The notes under the pieces were generated by a model. That model was not told the DNA's origin. It saw only the letters and a list, made by a program, of their open reading frames with translations, and ran no database searches. The translations under genes were made by a program, and so were the position numbers. DNA of 64,000 bases, taken from Callorhinchus milii. Its lineage: Eukaryota. Below, piece by piece: positions 38,657 to 51,022 of the stretch. Positions within the stretch are counted from its first letter, which is position 1; every line of letters starts with the position of its first letter. The DNA is taken from assembly GCF_018977255.1 (NCBI RefSeq), contig NW_024704742.1, forward strand, positions 83,950,001-84,014,000. Direction: 5' to 3'.

Positions 38657-39698
38657 CATAAGAACATAATAACATAAGAATTAGGAGCAGGAGTAGGCCA
38701 TTCGCCTCTTGAGCCTGCCCCACCATTCGATAAGATCATGGCTGATCTTCTGACCTAACTCTAATTATCTGCCCTATCCCCATATCCACATATCCCCTAA
38801 TCCCTTTATTTTTAAAAAATCTATCAGTCTCAGCCTTGAAAATGTTCAAGGACTGAGCATCTACAGCCTTCTGGGGTAATCAATTCCATGAATTCACTAC
38901 CTTCTGAGTGAATAAATGTTTCCTCAACTCTGTTCTAAAAGGCTGACCCTTAATTTTAAGACTGTGACCCCTGGTTAGAGATTCTCCTACCAGGGGAAAC
39001 AGACCCTCAGTGTCTACTTTATCCAGCCCTTTAAGAATGTTATATGTTTCAATAAGATCTCCCTAATTCTTCTGTACTCTGGAGAATACAGCCCTAGTTT
39101 ATTCAGCTTATCCTCATAGGTCAGTCCCCTCATCCTAGGAACTAACCAAGTGAATCTACGCTGCACCCCCTCTAAGGCAAGTATGTCTTTTTTTAAATAA
39201 GGAGACCAAAACTGCACACAATATTCTAGGTGCGGTCTCACCAAGGCCCTATACAGTTGCAGCAAGACTTCCCTTCTCTTGTACTCTAAAGCTTTTGCAA
39301 TGAACACTAACATGCCGTTCGCCTTCTTAGTTGCTTGCTGCACCTGCAAACTAACTTTTTGAGACTAGTGTACAAGGACACCCAAGTCCCTCTGAACACT
39401 AACACTATCTAATCTCTCCCCCTCTAGAAAATAATCTGTTTTTCTATTTTTTCTACCTAGGTGAATAACTTCACACTTCCCTACATTAAATTCCATCTGC
39501 CACCTACTCGCCCACTCCCCTAGCCTATCTATATCCTGTTGCAATCTTTTTGCATCATCCTCAGAGCTTACCTAGTTTAGTGTCATCTGCGAATTTAGAT
39601 ACGTTGCATTCAATGTCCTCGTCTAGATCATTGATGTAAATTGTAAATAGCTGAGGCCCAAGCACTGATCCTTGTGGCACTCCACTAGTCACATCCTG
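38657..39698 (-). mobile_element. 5'-truncated CR1 LINE
   Basis: [24 protein letters not shown]...KFADDTKL and [20 protein letters not shown]; (ataagaac)-type tail at 38657-38690. Confidence 0.95.
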
Positions 39699-40219
39699 AG
39701 TGACTGCAATAAGCACCTTCCTGATGAAATCCATGTGGGTGAGGTTGTACATCTCCCTGTTACACACAGTGGGTAGTGCATGTGGAGGCCAGTTTTTACA
39801 GTGAAATGAGGGGCATGGTAGCCAGTAAATTTAAAGCCATCGGTTCTTTACAATTAGATTTACAACACACACTCTCACTGACAAACCCCTATCTTTATAG
39901 AGCAGCGGAGAATATGATGCCCTTGCTGGACAAGGCCTGTAATTGTATGGGACACCAGGCCTTGAGATGCACTAAAATACCTTTCCTGTTCCTAGACAGC
40001 AGTCTGCCAGTCACCCTCATCCCCTCCTACACATGTTTAACTGATGGGAAGACCTCTCTCTCAATTGTCCACCCCCCTTCATTATTGTCATTGCCATTAA
40101 ATTTAAGGCCCTTGGTTCTTTACAATGGTATTTCCAACTCACAACTCAGACTGGCAAAATCCTAACTTTATAAAGCAGCGGAGAATATGCCCTTCCCCTT
40201 CATTATTGTCATTCTTTAC

Positions 40220-40685
40220 ATAGCAGTAAGTAGGAACCCGGGTGTTAGACAATTGATAGATTGCTCTCTAGGAGTAATATTCACTCCCAAAAAATTGCAG
40301 TCACTCAATCCACGACTGTTTGTTGGCCAAAACACAAAATACTGCAGATGCTAGAAATCTAAAATAAAAACAGAGAGAGCTGGGAAAACTCAGCAGGTCA
40401 GGCAGCACCTATGGAGAAACGAAAGTGAGTCAACGTTTCGTGTTCTGACGAAGGGTTGTGGAACCGAAACGTTGATTCACTTTCCTTTCTCCATAGATGC
40501 TGCCTGGCCTGCTGAGTTTTCCCAGCTCTTTCTATTTTTGTTTGTGGGACAATTGTCTGCCATATCTACTACAAAATATACAGTCAATTCACTTTACAGT
40601 ATATTCTGTGAAGCGCTTTGAGATGCCTCAGTGACCTAATAATGCACTATATTCAATGCAAGGATTACTATTATTATGATTATTA
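40220..40685 (+). mobile_element. SINE interrupted by a palindromic element
   Basis: SINE body stops at cgactgtttgt (about 40323) and resumes at tttgtgggaca (about 40541). Confidence 0.85.
40329..40540. mobile_element. Penelope-type palindromic non-autonomous element
   Basis: Arms of about 75 bp (40366-40440 and 40465-40539) with few mismatches; centre ctgacgaagggttgtggaaccgaaac. Confidence 0.8.
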
Positions 40686-41039
40686 GGACAGGCAGCAGGG
40701 GAGCCTGGTCAGAACCCAACCCGCCCTGTCCATTGCTCTCTGGGAGACTTCTTATTGAGCTCTGGTGATAGACTAATAACCCTGGCCAATGTATTAATGC
40801 TGTACTTTTGCCACATGGGGCCGGGATGGGCCGGAGGGCTTTAAATGACACAATTGGTTCTGTGGCAAAGGTGTTTATGAAACTGGCCAGGCACGAAATG
40901 GTGCAGATCTAAATATTTGCAAAAGAAATAAACAAACAAAAAAAAGCCCAGCATAAAGTCAGACGGCTGGTATTTTTTTTCACCCTTATTTTTTCTTGCC
41001 CCTTTCACAGCCTCAGCGTATTCCTCCCTGCCCCTGTAT

Positions 41040-41300
41040 TGGCCTGTTTGCCTTCCTTTACTCAGACGAGCTGGTTTGTTTGATTTATTATTGAGTCACT
41101 AGGGGACTCAGATTACAGCTTTGAACTGCAGAATGACTGCTGGATGCTTGGCATGCACACACTTCCCCTACATAAGCCAGAGCAACTGCTGCCCATTTAA
41201 AGAAGGGGCCCTTGTCTGCCTCGTTGGGATACTGGGAGGAATGAATGAGCTTAAACTTTGCAGTCTGAGGCACACACGTACACACACATGTTGACTCATT
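41040..41300. promoter_or_regulatory. Candidate AP-1 enhancer
   Basis: TGAGTCA 41092-41098, TGACTCA 41292-41298, plus near matches ttactca and ggactca in TE-free sequence. Confidence 0.35.
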
Positions 41301-41596
41301 GTCTGTCTTATCCTTGTGGATTCTCTCTCTCTTTCATTTTCTAATGCAACTTTTAATAATAATGATGAAAGTAATAATAATAACTTTTAATCAAGCACAA
41401 GGCCTGTCAGAATAGTGTGCACGCGTACATTTTTTTTGCACTGCCTCAAGTTCCACATGTGGTCCCTGAACGCTCAGAGGTTAACAAAGGCAATTTTAAA
41501 AAAAAGATTTAAATGTAGTACAGCTGTTCCATTTTGATGTTGTCCTTAAAAATGACTCTGTGAACTTAAACAAAAAGAATTTCTGCAGTCTCGCAG

Positions 41597-41915
41597 ACAC
41601 ACTGCGCACACTCATACACGAGCGCTCACACACTCACACTTACAACTCTCTCATACACAAGGTCACACACACTCTCTCCTACATATACACACTCACTCAC
41701 TCTACGTATAGTTATGTATACACACACATTCTCTCACACATACACTCGCATACACACACACTTTTTCACTTACATTTAGATACACATACACTCACACATT
41801 CCCACACTCACCCATACACTCACACATACATACACTCACACATACCCTCACAATCTCTCACAGACATTCACTCATTGCCTCCCTCACACACACATTCTCT
41901 TTCTTACACACGCAA
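41597..41915. repeat. Degenerate (CA)/(CT) low-complexity tract
   Basis: Continuous cacacact/catacaca repeats. Confidence 0.9.
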
Positions 41916-42389
41916 TGCTTTCTACTAATGGGTGCCAGTAATTTTTTTATCGTCTGCCCTTTCAGATTTAGTGCAAGTAAAATATAGTAGACTAATTCAA
42001 TCTACACTAAAGGTAGCTTGTGTGATCACTCAAAACATAAAATACTGTAGGACATAAAACCTTCACAGCACACAGGGCTGGGATGTGTGGGCCTCTAGGT
42101 GAACAGTGAACTCTTGCTCCAGTACCTTATGTTTCCTTTATACGTTTTCTAACATTCATTCATTCCTTGTGGAAATATGTCTGGAACACCAGAGTACTGT
42201 TGTTAAGTTGCACGTTTCTGGTGTTAGTTGGGGAGGTCTCCTTCCTTTGAGAATGTTGACCAAAGATTTACTTACATGCAGCAGAACTGCAGTAAGTTCT
42301 TCAGGGCAAGGAAGCTGAGAGCTCTGAACATATGGCCAAATGCTCCTGGCTCATTATGTATGTGAATTTTTAAAACAAAATCTTGGTGT

Positions 42390-43040
42390 TTTATCTCTCA
42401 GCAGAAGGTTGTGGGTTGGAATCCATCCAGTCTCAGCTGACACTCCAGTGCAGTGTTGGGGATTGCTGTATTGTTCGAGATGCCGTCCTTTGGATGAGAC
42501 ATTAAACCTGTCTGCTGTCTGCCTGTCTAGCTGGACGTTAAAGGTGTTTGAAAAGAGAAAGAGTTTCTCCTAGCCAACTACCCCCCAAATAAAAAAATAG
42601 TCATTCGCTCCATGGCTGTTTGTGAGACATTGTTGTAGGCAAATTGGCTCCTATATTTGCCCATAAATGATCCACACAGTCACACCACTTTACAGCATAA
42701 CCTGTGAGAAAGGGAGCACAACATTATCAGCGGTCCATCATTTGGGTCAGACATTAAATATTGGAAGTCCTGTGTGCCTGTTCATATGGATGTCAAACAT
42801 TCCAAGACACGAATGGAAAAGAGAAGGGAGTTTCAGCCTGTGTCCTGCCCACCAATTTGCCAGGAATCTAGATAAAATTGATCATTCACTTCACGGTTGT
42901 TAGTGGGACATTGCTGTGCGCAAATTGGCTGCTGGGTTTACCTGGAAACTACACAGTTATTACACTTGTGTAAAATCCTGTGAATCCTGAGATGTTTTGA
43001 TGATGTGATAAGACACTGTAACAGATGCAAGCATTATTGT
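42390..43040 (+). mobile_element. Two tandem old DeuSINE-like copies
   Basis: The gagacattaaa...ctgcctgt...gtttgtgggacattgctg pattern occurs twice (42390-42710, 42720-43040). Confidence 0.8.
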
Positions 43041-43619
43041 TATATAAAACAGCCCCAAATTCTTTTGTTTCTCCTCATAAAGCAATGCCTCTGAACTCTG
43101 GTATAATCCAAGCAAATCATTACTCATTTTTAGTGCAGTAGAAGTATCCGTAAACATGATTAGTTTTAATAATTCAGAAGGCGAGACAAAGTCTTTTTGT
43201 CTGAAAACAAATGAAAACAGCCCAACTTGATTTTTTTTCTTGGAACAAAATGGTGCAGAGAGTATTGGCGCTGAGCCATGCAGAAAAAGGGGAAGGATGT
43301 TTGTGGAAAATGTAATACTGGTGTAACAGAATTAGCTTGTTCCTGCACTGATTTTTTGGTCCCTGTTAACACTCTTATACCGTAATAAAAACACACCAGC
43401 TGAAGCAGCAGCATCTGTGACTGGCAAGGCTCTGTTTCCCATTTCCAAACCCTTTGATAGGAACATAGGAATGTACAGGACCGGAAAAGATCATTGCTCT
43501 CCATCTGGTCGGTACCAAATTTAAACAAAAGTATACTGCTCTGCGTCTCACACCCCTCAATCCACTTTGTTGTTAAATAGCTAGTCAATTTCGTTCTTGA
43601 ATTTGGACACAATATTGTA

Positions 43620-43930
43620 GTTTAAAGCCCCACCTTTATTGCGGTGCTGGGGGAGTGTTGCATTGTCAGAGGTGCCGTCCTTCGGATGAGACCTTAAACC
43701 GAGGTACCATCTGCCTGCTCAGGTGGACGGTAAAGATCCCGTGACACTCTTTAAAAAGAGAAGCAAGTTTCTTCTGGTTGCCTGGCCAACATACCCTCCA
43801 AATAAAATTGGTCATTCTCTTTGTGGCTTTTTATGAATCATTGCTATGCACAAATTAACTGCTGCGTTTAGGTACAAAAACACCATCACGCCACATTATA
43901 GAAACTTTGTAAGGCAAATGCAAGGCTTCT
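43620..43930 (+). mobile_element. Old DeuSINE-like copy
   Basis: gcattgtcagaggtgccgtccttcggatgagaccttaaaccgagg...aaagatccc. Confidence 0.85.
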
Positions 43931-44194
43931 TTTATTTTTTTATTTTTTTGAATTTGCCGACATGAATCTGCCTCCTCAGCCTCCAAGAGCAGTCAATTGC
44001 ACTCATTCACCACTCTCTGTATAGAATGGTTATAATAATAATAATAATAACAATCCTTGCATTTGATATAGCATATTATCACCTTGTTGAGATGTCTCAA
44101 AACCTTCACAGGATATACTGTAAAGCTGATTGACTGTGTATTTTGTGGGCAAACAGTTACATGAAAACAGATTTATATTTTCTCTCTTCTATGT

Positions 44195-44535
44195 TTGAGT
44201 TCATGACCTCTTATATCATTTCATCTTGCAGGAAGTAAGAAGTAAGTAGATGACCTACTGCAATTGAAGGGGGATAAATTCAGAACAAATCTACAAAAAC
44301 ACAATTTCAGTCTGCGAATAATGAACCTGTGGAACAGACTCCCTTAGGGAGATGGTTGAAGCAGGAAATGTTGAATTTTTCAAACGCAGATTAGATAGTT
44401 TTCTTTTAGGAAATAACATTATTGGATATAGTACATAGGTAGTTCGGGACATGTGCATGCGACCGGCCGGAAGATGGAAGGCGAACTAGATGGACCTTGG
44501 TCTTTTTTCATCTAGCGTTACTTATGTTCTTATGA
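44195..44535 (+). mobile_element. CR1 3' end of a different subfamily
   Basis: acctgtggaacagactccc...gatggttgaagcag...agatggaccttggtc...cttatgttcttatg. Confidence 0.7.
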
Positions 44536-45521
44536 CCTCAACTTCTGCAAAGTGCAACAATGACAGCTCCTGGAAATATGCATACTGCAGATATGGCATC
44601 CATTTTGGAGGAGGATCATTTTACAATGAAATCGGTTTTGTATGCAGAGCATGATGTTCTGGAACTCCATCCCCGGAGTCCCTATGACTTGGCACCTCCC
44701 TCAACTCTTTCAAGTCCATTTCAGGCCTTCCTTTTAGACTGTGCTTTGAGTCATCTTTACCCTACCCACCCAGCCAATTTGGCTGCCAAGCTAGGACTAT
44801 CAAGCACCTTGGGAAATATACCCAATGGGAGAGGTGCTGTATAAATATAAATTTGTATTGTATGATACCACTTGACTCCACAACTCATGTAAAGGGGGAT
44901 TGAGAGATATGGAGAAGACAATAGGAGATTGGATTTCAAGATCTGCCATTACCTAATGCAGGACAACACTGTTATAACTTTCTCCTGGAGAACATGGCTT
45001 TGCTTATACTGGTTGTGTCCTTGGACTTATGCTGATCAGAAACATGATAACACTGGTTTAAGTGACCGATTGGTTGGCTTTCCACTGTAAAAACATCACT
45101 GACTTCTGAGTAATTAGGTCAATACTGATGCCACTTCCTGATAGGTCATTTGGCATAGCATTGCAGGACCCGACTTGAGCAACACACCAGGAAGTGAGGT
45201 CAGCATTCATTCTTTTACCCTTTGTTGATAATGCTAAGATATTGGACCCAGGTGACTGCACTTTAACAAGGTTGCCCTGTTAAATGGTGGAACAAGCTCG
45301 ACTGGTCCTATGTTCTTATGTGAAACGTTTCTGGAACATTCAATCTGGGATTCGAGGTGACTGCTGATACTCAAATAAAGTAAACAGATTGCTGCTGATT
45401 AGTGGGGAGCACTTTTTATTCCTTCTCCTGTGTCAGCAGGCTCGCTGTCAATCATCAGCTGGAATTAGTGTCTGCGTGGACTCCACTGTTCCTACAGGAA
45501 ATTGCCCAGAGTCTAGGGATT

Positions 45522-46300
45522 AAGATACTGTAGTTTTGCAGTCTAGGCTGACACTCTAGTCCAGAATTAAAATCGTTGATTTTAATTTTTTTTAAAAAAA
45601 TACCAAGAGACCACAAGTTGCAAGAATTGCAGTCTTTTCATTTCACTTTTTTTTTAGCTAAAAAGGCAATAAAGAAACTATTAAAGTGTTTAGCGTGAGG
45701 GTGATCTGAGAACAGTAATAATAATAATAATAATAATCCTTGCATTTGATATAGCACTTTTCACATCTTCTAGACGTCTCAAAGTGCTTCACAGAATATG
45801 CTGTAAAGTGATTGTATATTTGTGGGCGAAATGCGGCAGCCAATTGCAACGTCTTACAATATTTCAAAGCACAGAATTATTACATTGAATCTGTCATGAA
45901 ATGGTGTATTTTTCATCATTTTATCTTTGATAACAATAATAATATGAATAATAATCCTTGAATCCATGGCACCTATAACATCCAAACATCTCAAAGCACT
46001 TGATATGGTAATTGCTATCAAGTTTAGTAACTGTACATTTGTAGGTGAACGTTGCAGCCAAGTTGCAAACAGCATTGCCCCCCCAATGCCCCCCCAAACA
46101 AGTTAATGTGAATGAACAATTTATCAAGAGATTTGTTGGTCAGGACACTGTGAGAAACTCCCTTTTTTTCGAGTAGTGCCATGGGATCTTTAACATCCAA
46201 TTGAACAGGGAACTTGGTTCAACATCTTACCTGAATGATGGCACTTCTGATAATGAGCTGGACTAGAGTGTCAGCCTAGACTGCAAAACTACAGTATCTT
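45522..46300. repeat. 43-bp perfect inverted repeat pair (45522-45564 and 46258-46300)
   Basis: aagatactgtagttttgcagtctaggctgacactctagtccag versus ctggactagagtgtcagcctagactgcaaaactacagtatctt. Confidence 0.95.
45940..46285 (-). mobile_element. Old DeuSINE-like copy
   Basis: gagtagtgccatgggatctttaacatcc and tail aatccttgaat on the reverse strand. Confidence 0.75.
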
Positions 46301-46806
46301 TTCTTTAAAAGGAAATAATTTTATGAACGGCAAGATGAATTTCGTTATGAAAAGAGAGTTACAAGAAAATCGTTTCCTTTCCATATTTCTAACATTCACT
46401 TTCCTTTCTGTAACTCATGCTACATTCTTCTGCTCAGCTTGTATCTCTGTGTGCTCATCACTTCTGGTTGGAAAGTTAACAGTTCTTGACGGCTACTTTT
46501 GTAATCCCTTAAAGGAAACAAATCCATCTCAATACCTCTCCTTGAGGACACGAGTGACTTTGTGGCATTTGCTGAATTTCTCTTCCTCTCACTCTCTCAG
46601 ACAAGGAGTCTCAGAAATAGTGCTTTATTGCGATCCGAACTCAGCAATCACACAATGAACCTTATCTACCAATGTCAACTCAGACATATTGATCAGGTTT
46701 GTTGTTTTGTTGCAAATTTTAGACTTTATCAGGGAGCTTTATGGTAAAATTTGCAGTGTTTCCTAATAGATTTGATCGACTCGTATTGATTGTGTTCTGA
46801 GGACAT

Positions 46807-47220
46807 CAGCCTAGCTCAGTTGATAGCACTCTCACCTCTTTGTCAGAAGGTTGTGTTTCAAGCCCCACATCAGGACTTTAAACTCCCATAAACTTGGCTG
46901 ACCCTTCATGTTGTTGGAGGTGACTTCCTTTGGTTGAGACTTTAAACTGAGGACCTGCCTGCCTGTCAGGTAGACATTAAAGATGTTGTAACACTACTCG
47001 AGAAGGAAAGCTACTCACAATGTCCTGGTCAACAATCCTCCAAAATTGGTCATTCACTTCATGGCTGTTTGTGGGGCATTGCTACACATTACTTGGCTGC
47101 TGCGTTGATCGACATAGATACAAAATACACAGTTATTATACTTTATAGTATATCCTGTGAAGCGCTTTGTGATCTTATCCCAACATGCAGGGCATTTATA
47201 TCAAATGTAAGAATTTTTTG
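46807..47220 (+). mobile_element. Old DeuSINE-like copy, full length with tRNA head
   Basis: cagcctagctcagttgatagcactctcacctc...cagaaggttg head through catggctgtttgtgggg and tail. Confidence 0.85.
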
Positions 47221-48889
47221 TTACGAACCGTCAGAAATTTTACCCCAACGTCTGTGACTATTTTAATGCATGAGTCAAACAAAATGCAAGCAAGTAACCC
47301 GTGCTGTCACTGCAAGAAATCAGGGTAATTGAAGCCACATTTTATCACAATTGCATAATTGCGCTTGAACATAAGTAAACCACTCGTGCAAGCTTTGTGA
47401 TCCATGTTTGGTTAGGTTTTGAAATCTCAAATAGAAAACTTGCTGAACTGAATCAGCAGTCATAATCCATTCTGTCTGTTGCAATCCTGTATTTGATTTG
47501 TGCGGGGGCATCAGACCCTTTTTAAGCGTGACAATACCTTGCCCTATGAAGTATTTTCCTCCTTTTCCAGCAATCAGAAATAGGAATGCTAGCTGATTTT
47601 ACCTCCTCTTCTTCCTCCCTTTCCCCCCAGGTCAGGAAAACTGAGGCCAATTGATGTGCCTCACCAATGCTCTGGCTGAGATCAGCTAACTCAACACAGA
47701 CATAAACTATATCCCCAGGAACCTTCCTTCACAACCGTTTCTTGTTCCCATTATTAGGTTCCATCTAACTCACAAGCAGCTATTTCTGCATAAAATCAAA
47801 AGCAAAACCCTTGAAAGCAAGAATGTTGAACAAGCAAATATAATGTAATGTAAGTGACTATATCACAGCCTAGTGGGAGCTTCTGCATGAAGTCATTTGT
47901 AAACTTCTACTTTGGAAATCATGAAGTGTGGATCTCGATGGCTAATATTCTGTGAAGTATACAGAGTAGCTAGCAGGATAGCAGAAACAATACATAACTC
48001 CCGAGATTCATGGTGACCTGGATACAAAATTCTTATGCTCAAGTTTATACCAAAATCATTTTAAAAAAATCATATGGAGATTTTTTTATCTCCATATATA
48101 ACTATATGAAGATATACTGTACTTGATCTAAAAGTACTGTGGGGGTAGTTTAAAGAACATGTGAGAATCTTGTTTGGTTATTATGGACAGCGCATGTATC
48201 ATACCTCTGACTCTTTTACCTGGGAGTGCTGGTTAGGCAGCATGGATAGAATGTTTATTATACCTGCTTTGAGTGGTAGGGTTTATAATTTTGGTTGGTG
48301 TGAGAGGAGGAGGTGAAGAAGTGTTTCCAAGACCATTGCACATACCCTCTGGCAATGCTCTCAAGCTTCCAGCTCACTGGATGCTTATGAAATAGAGCTG
48401 ACATTGTCCAAGTAATATCTCCCTGTAGACAATAGTGCATGCTGTAGGGATACCTAAAAGAGAGTAAATACATTTTTTTTAAAAAAAGGAAAAAAACATT
48501 GTTTATGGAAGATTAAACTTTAACAGACTTAATGTAATTATGTCAGTAAAATAATACTTTTTTAAAAAAAATAGGATTAGTACAGTACTATTGTAGTTTA
48601 ATACTTACTTTTATGGGGGCATAAATATAAGCTATCCTAAGCAGACTTCAAAAAGGGAATCTAGGATGAACTTCATGCAGAGTCTGGTGAGGATGTGGAA
48701 CTTACTGCCGGAAACTGTTTTTGATGCAAATAGAGTCTACATATTTAAGAGGAAGTGTTATCTATCAAGAGAGGGAAGGGAATATAGGGTTAAAGGAGAA
48801 GGATATTAGGAGAAGAAGCGGCTAATGTGGAGTAACAACAACACCCACATATTTATATAACGCCTTTCACATAGGGTAGCATCCCACAT

Positions 48890-49800
48890 CAATAACAACA
48901 AATTTACATAGTGCTTGTCACATCAGGGGGACATCCCAAGGTGCTAGACAGTTCAGAGTTTGCACCCGAGCTGCAGGTGGGAGCCGAAGCGGTGAAGGGT
49001 GTGAAGGAGAAATGATTGAAGGTGTAATCAAAAAGGAAGGTCTTGAGGTAGACTTTGAGTCTGAGATGGTGAGGAGTAGTTGTGGACATGGATGATAGGG
49101 TTAATGTGCAGGGACAGGTTGAGAAAGGAGAGAAGGAAGGAGAAATCAGCAGAGGAGGAACAAGCATGGGTGAAGTGGAGGTTGAAGTCACCCAGGATGA
49201 GGAGGTGTTTGGAGTAGAGGCTGAGGGGAAATAAAAAGGAGAAGATGTCCGAGAGGAAAGAGATAAAAGGTTTGGGAGGAGACAATAGATGATGAGAATT
49301 TTTAGGGAGAGATTGGAGGGATGATGAATTGTAAAATGTTCAAAAAGGGGGAAAATTCCAGAGGACTAAGGGAATAGATCAGTGGAGACCTGCAGCTGAA
49401 AGCACTGCCACGAGGTTGGGGAGTGGGATATGATGGAAGGTGAAGCTTGCCTCACTGAGAGTAAAGGTGTCACTGGGGGTGAGCCAGATATCAGTCAGTG
49501 CAACATTATAAATGTTGTCATTCAGGATGAGGTCGTGGACAGTTTGAGTGTTTCGGTAGGCGATGTGAAGGGGACAAGCATGTGAAGGACAAGGGGGGAA
49601 GAGGAGGATGAGGGGTATTAAGAGGAAGGGTGGGGATATGGATGAGTGAAAAGAGATTCACTCCCAGGGGTTTGAACTGGGAGATGGGGCAGAAATGATT
49701 CCGGTGGGGAAAGAAGGCAGGGAGGGCAGTAGGAGAGAAGTGAGTGGGAGTAATGAAGGATAGGGGACAAAAATAGAGGCATATTTGGGAGGAGGGCAGG
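48890..49800 (-). mobile_element. Old L2 with a large internal deletion (endonuclease region joined to the 3' tail)
   Basis: ORF 49028..49285 has LILGDFNLH; tail gcaccttgggatgtccccctgatgtga at about 48915-48945. Confidence 0.8.
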
Positions 49801-50107
49801 TCGGGTGAGGGACAGCTGCCAAAACGGATTAGTCGGGCTTGTTTTGATGCTGTAATGCTCTAAGCGAATTTATATATTACAGTTCTAGTCACCATAAAGT
49901 AAGGGGAGCTGGCCGTGTCCTAGAGGGAGAGGAGAGTAACCAGTTTGATCCCCAGTGTTAAATGAAGACAATAAAGAACAAGCTAGGACCCTTCAAATTT
50001 TAAAAGTAATATTCACAAGGAACCTTCTCGTGATATACAGATGTTAAATGGAATAGAAGAATTAAACCTGAACAATTTCAGATATACCAAGACAGCAAAA
50101 CAAGACA

Positions 50108-50470
50108 ACATCAAGAACAACTTGCATTTATATGGTGCCCTTCCTGTGAGGTAGCATCTTAAAGTGCTTAACAGTGGCAAAGCTTGGCACCAAGCCAGGG
50201 AGAGGGGGGAGGTGACTGTAGGCATGGTTGAAGAGGAGTGATCTGAGGGCTGACAAGGAGGAGGCAAGGTGGAGGGATTCAGGCAGAGTGTTCCAGAGTC
50301 TCGGGGCATAATGGATGAATGCACACCTGCCAATGGTGAAACGGAGGGGCTGAGGGATATGCAGGAGGCTGGAGCCAGCTGAGTGAAGGGGATGGATAGA
50401 GGAATGGGTGTAAGTAAATCAAAGAGGTAGGAAGGTGCCAGAGGATGAAATGATTTGTACGCGAGTACAC
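50108..50470 (-). mobile_element. Old L2 3' fragment
   Basis: Reverse strand ctctggaacactctgcctgaatccctccacc...ataaatgcaagttgtt. Confidence 0.75.
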
Positions 50471-50811
50471 AGGTTCTGGGTGATGAGTGCCAAGTTTAGG
50501 ACAGACACCAAAAAGTATTTCATTATACAGTCAATAGCGGGAATGAGTTACCAAGCAGGGTGCAAAAGACTAAGCAGAGGCCGGGATACTGGACTCATTT
50601 GCAAAACAACTTGAGGCTTTGATGGTAATGCGGTGGGGTTTTGTATTCTGGAAGGATGAGATCATTATAAGGTCTTCTTCACCTAAACCTCTCTTGTGAT
50701 CTTACAAAAAAGGTTTAGGTGAAGAAGAAGGTTAGGTTAGCCTGATTCTAGATATTACTTACAATATAAATATTGTATATATATATTTGTATATATACAA
50801 ATGAAATATAG

Positions 50812-51022
50812 CCTGATAATAACCCCTCAAAAAAAACAATAATAAATTGGTCACTTCAATTCACGATTGTTTGTGGGACACTGCTGTGCGCAATTGGCTG
50901 CCGCATTTAGCCCACAATTATACAGTCAATTCACTTTATAGTCTATTCTGTGAAGCGCTTTGAGACATCTAGAAGATGTGAAAAGCGCTATATCAACTGC
51001 AAGGATTATTATTACTATTATT
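50812..51022 (+). mobile_element. Young SINE 3' portion
   Basis: aaattggtcacttcaattcacgattgtttgtgggacactgctgtgcgcaattggctgccgc and tail. Confidence 0.9.

Noticed and set aside
41560..41928. His/Thr-rich 122-aa ORF
   Set aside because: Translation of a CA-rich low-complexity tract.
43166..43612. 148-aa minus-strand ORF
   Set aside because: Non-ATG start, partly overlaps a CR1 tail fragment near 43455-43580, and composition is not protein-like.
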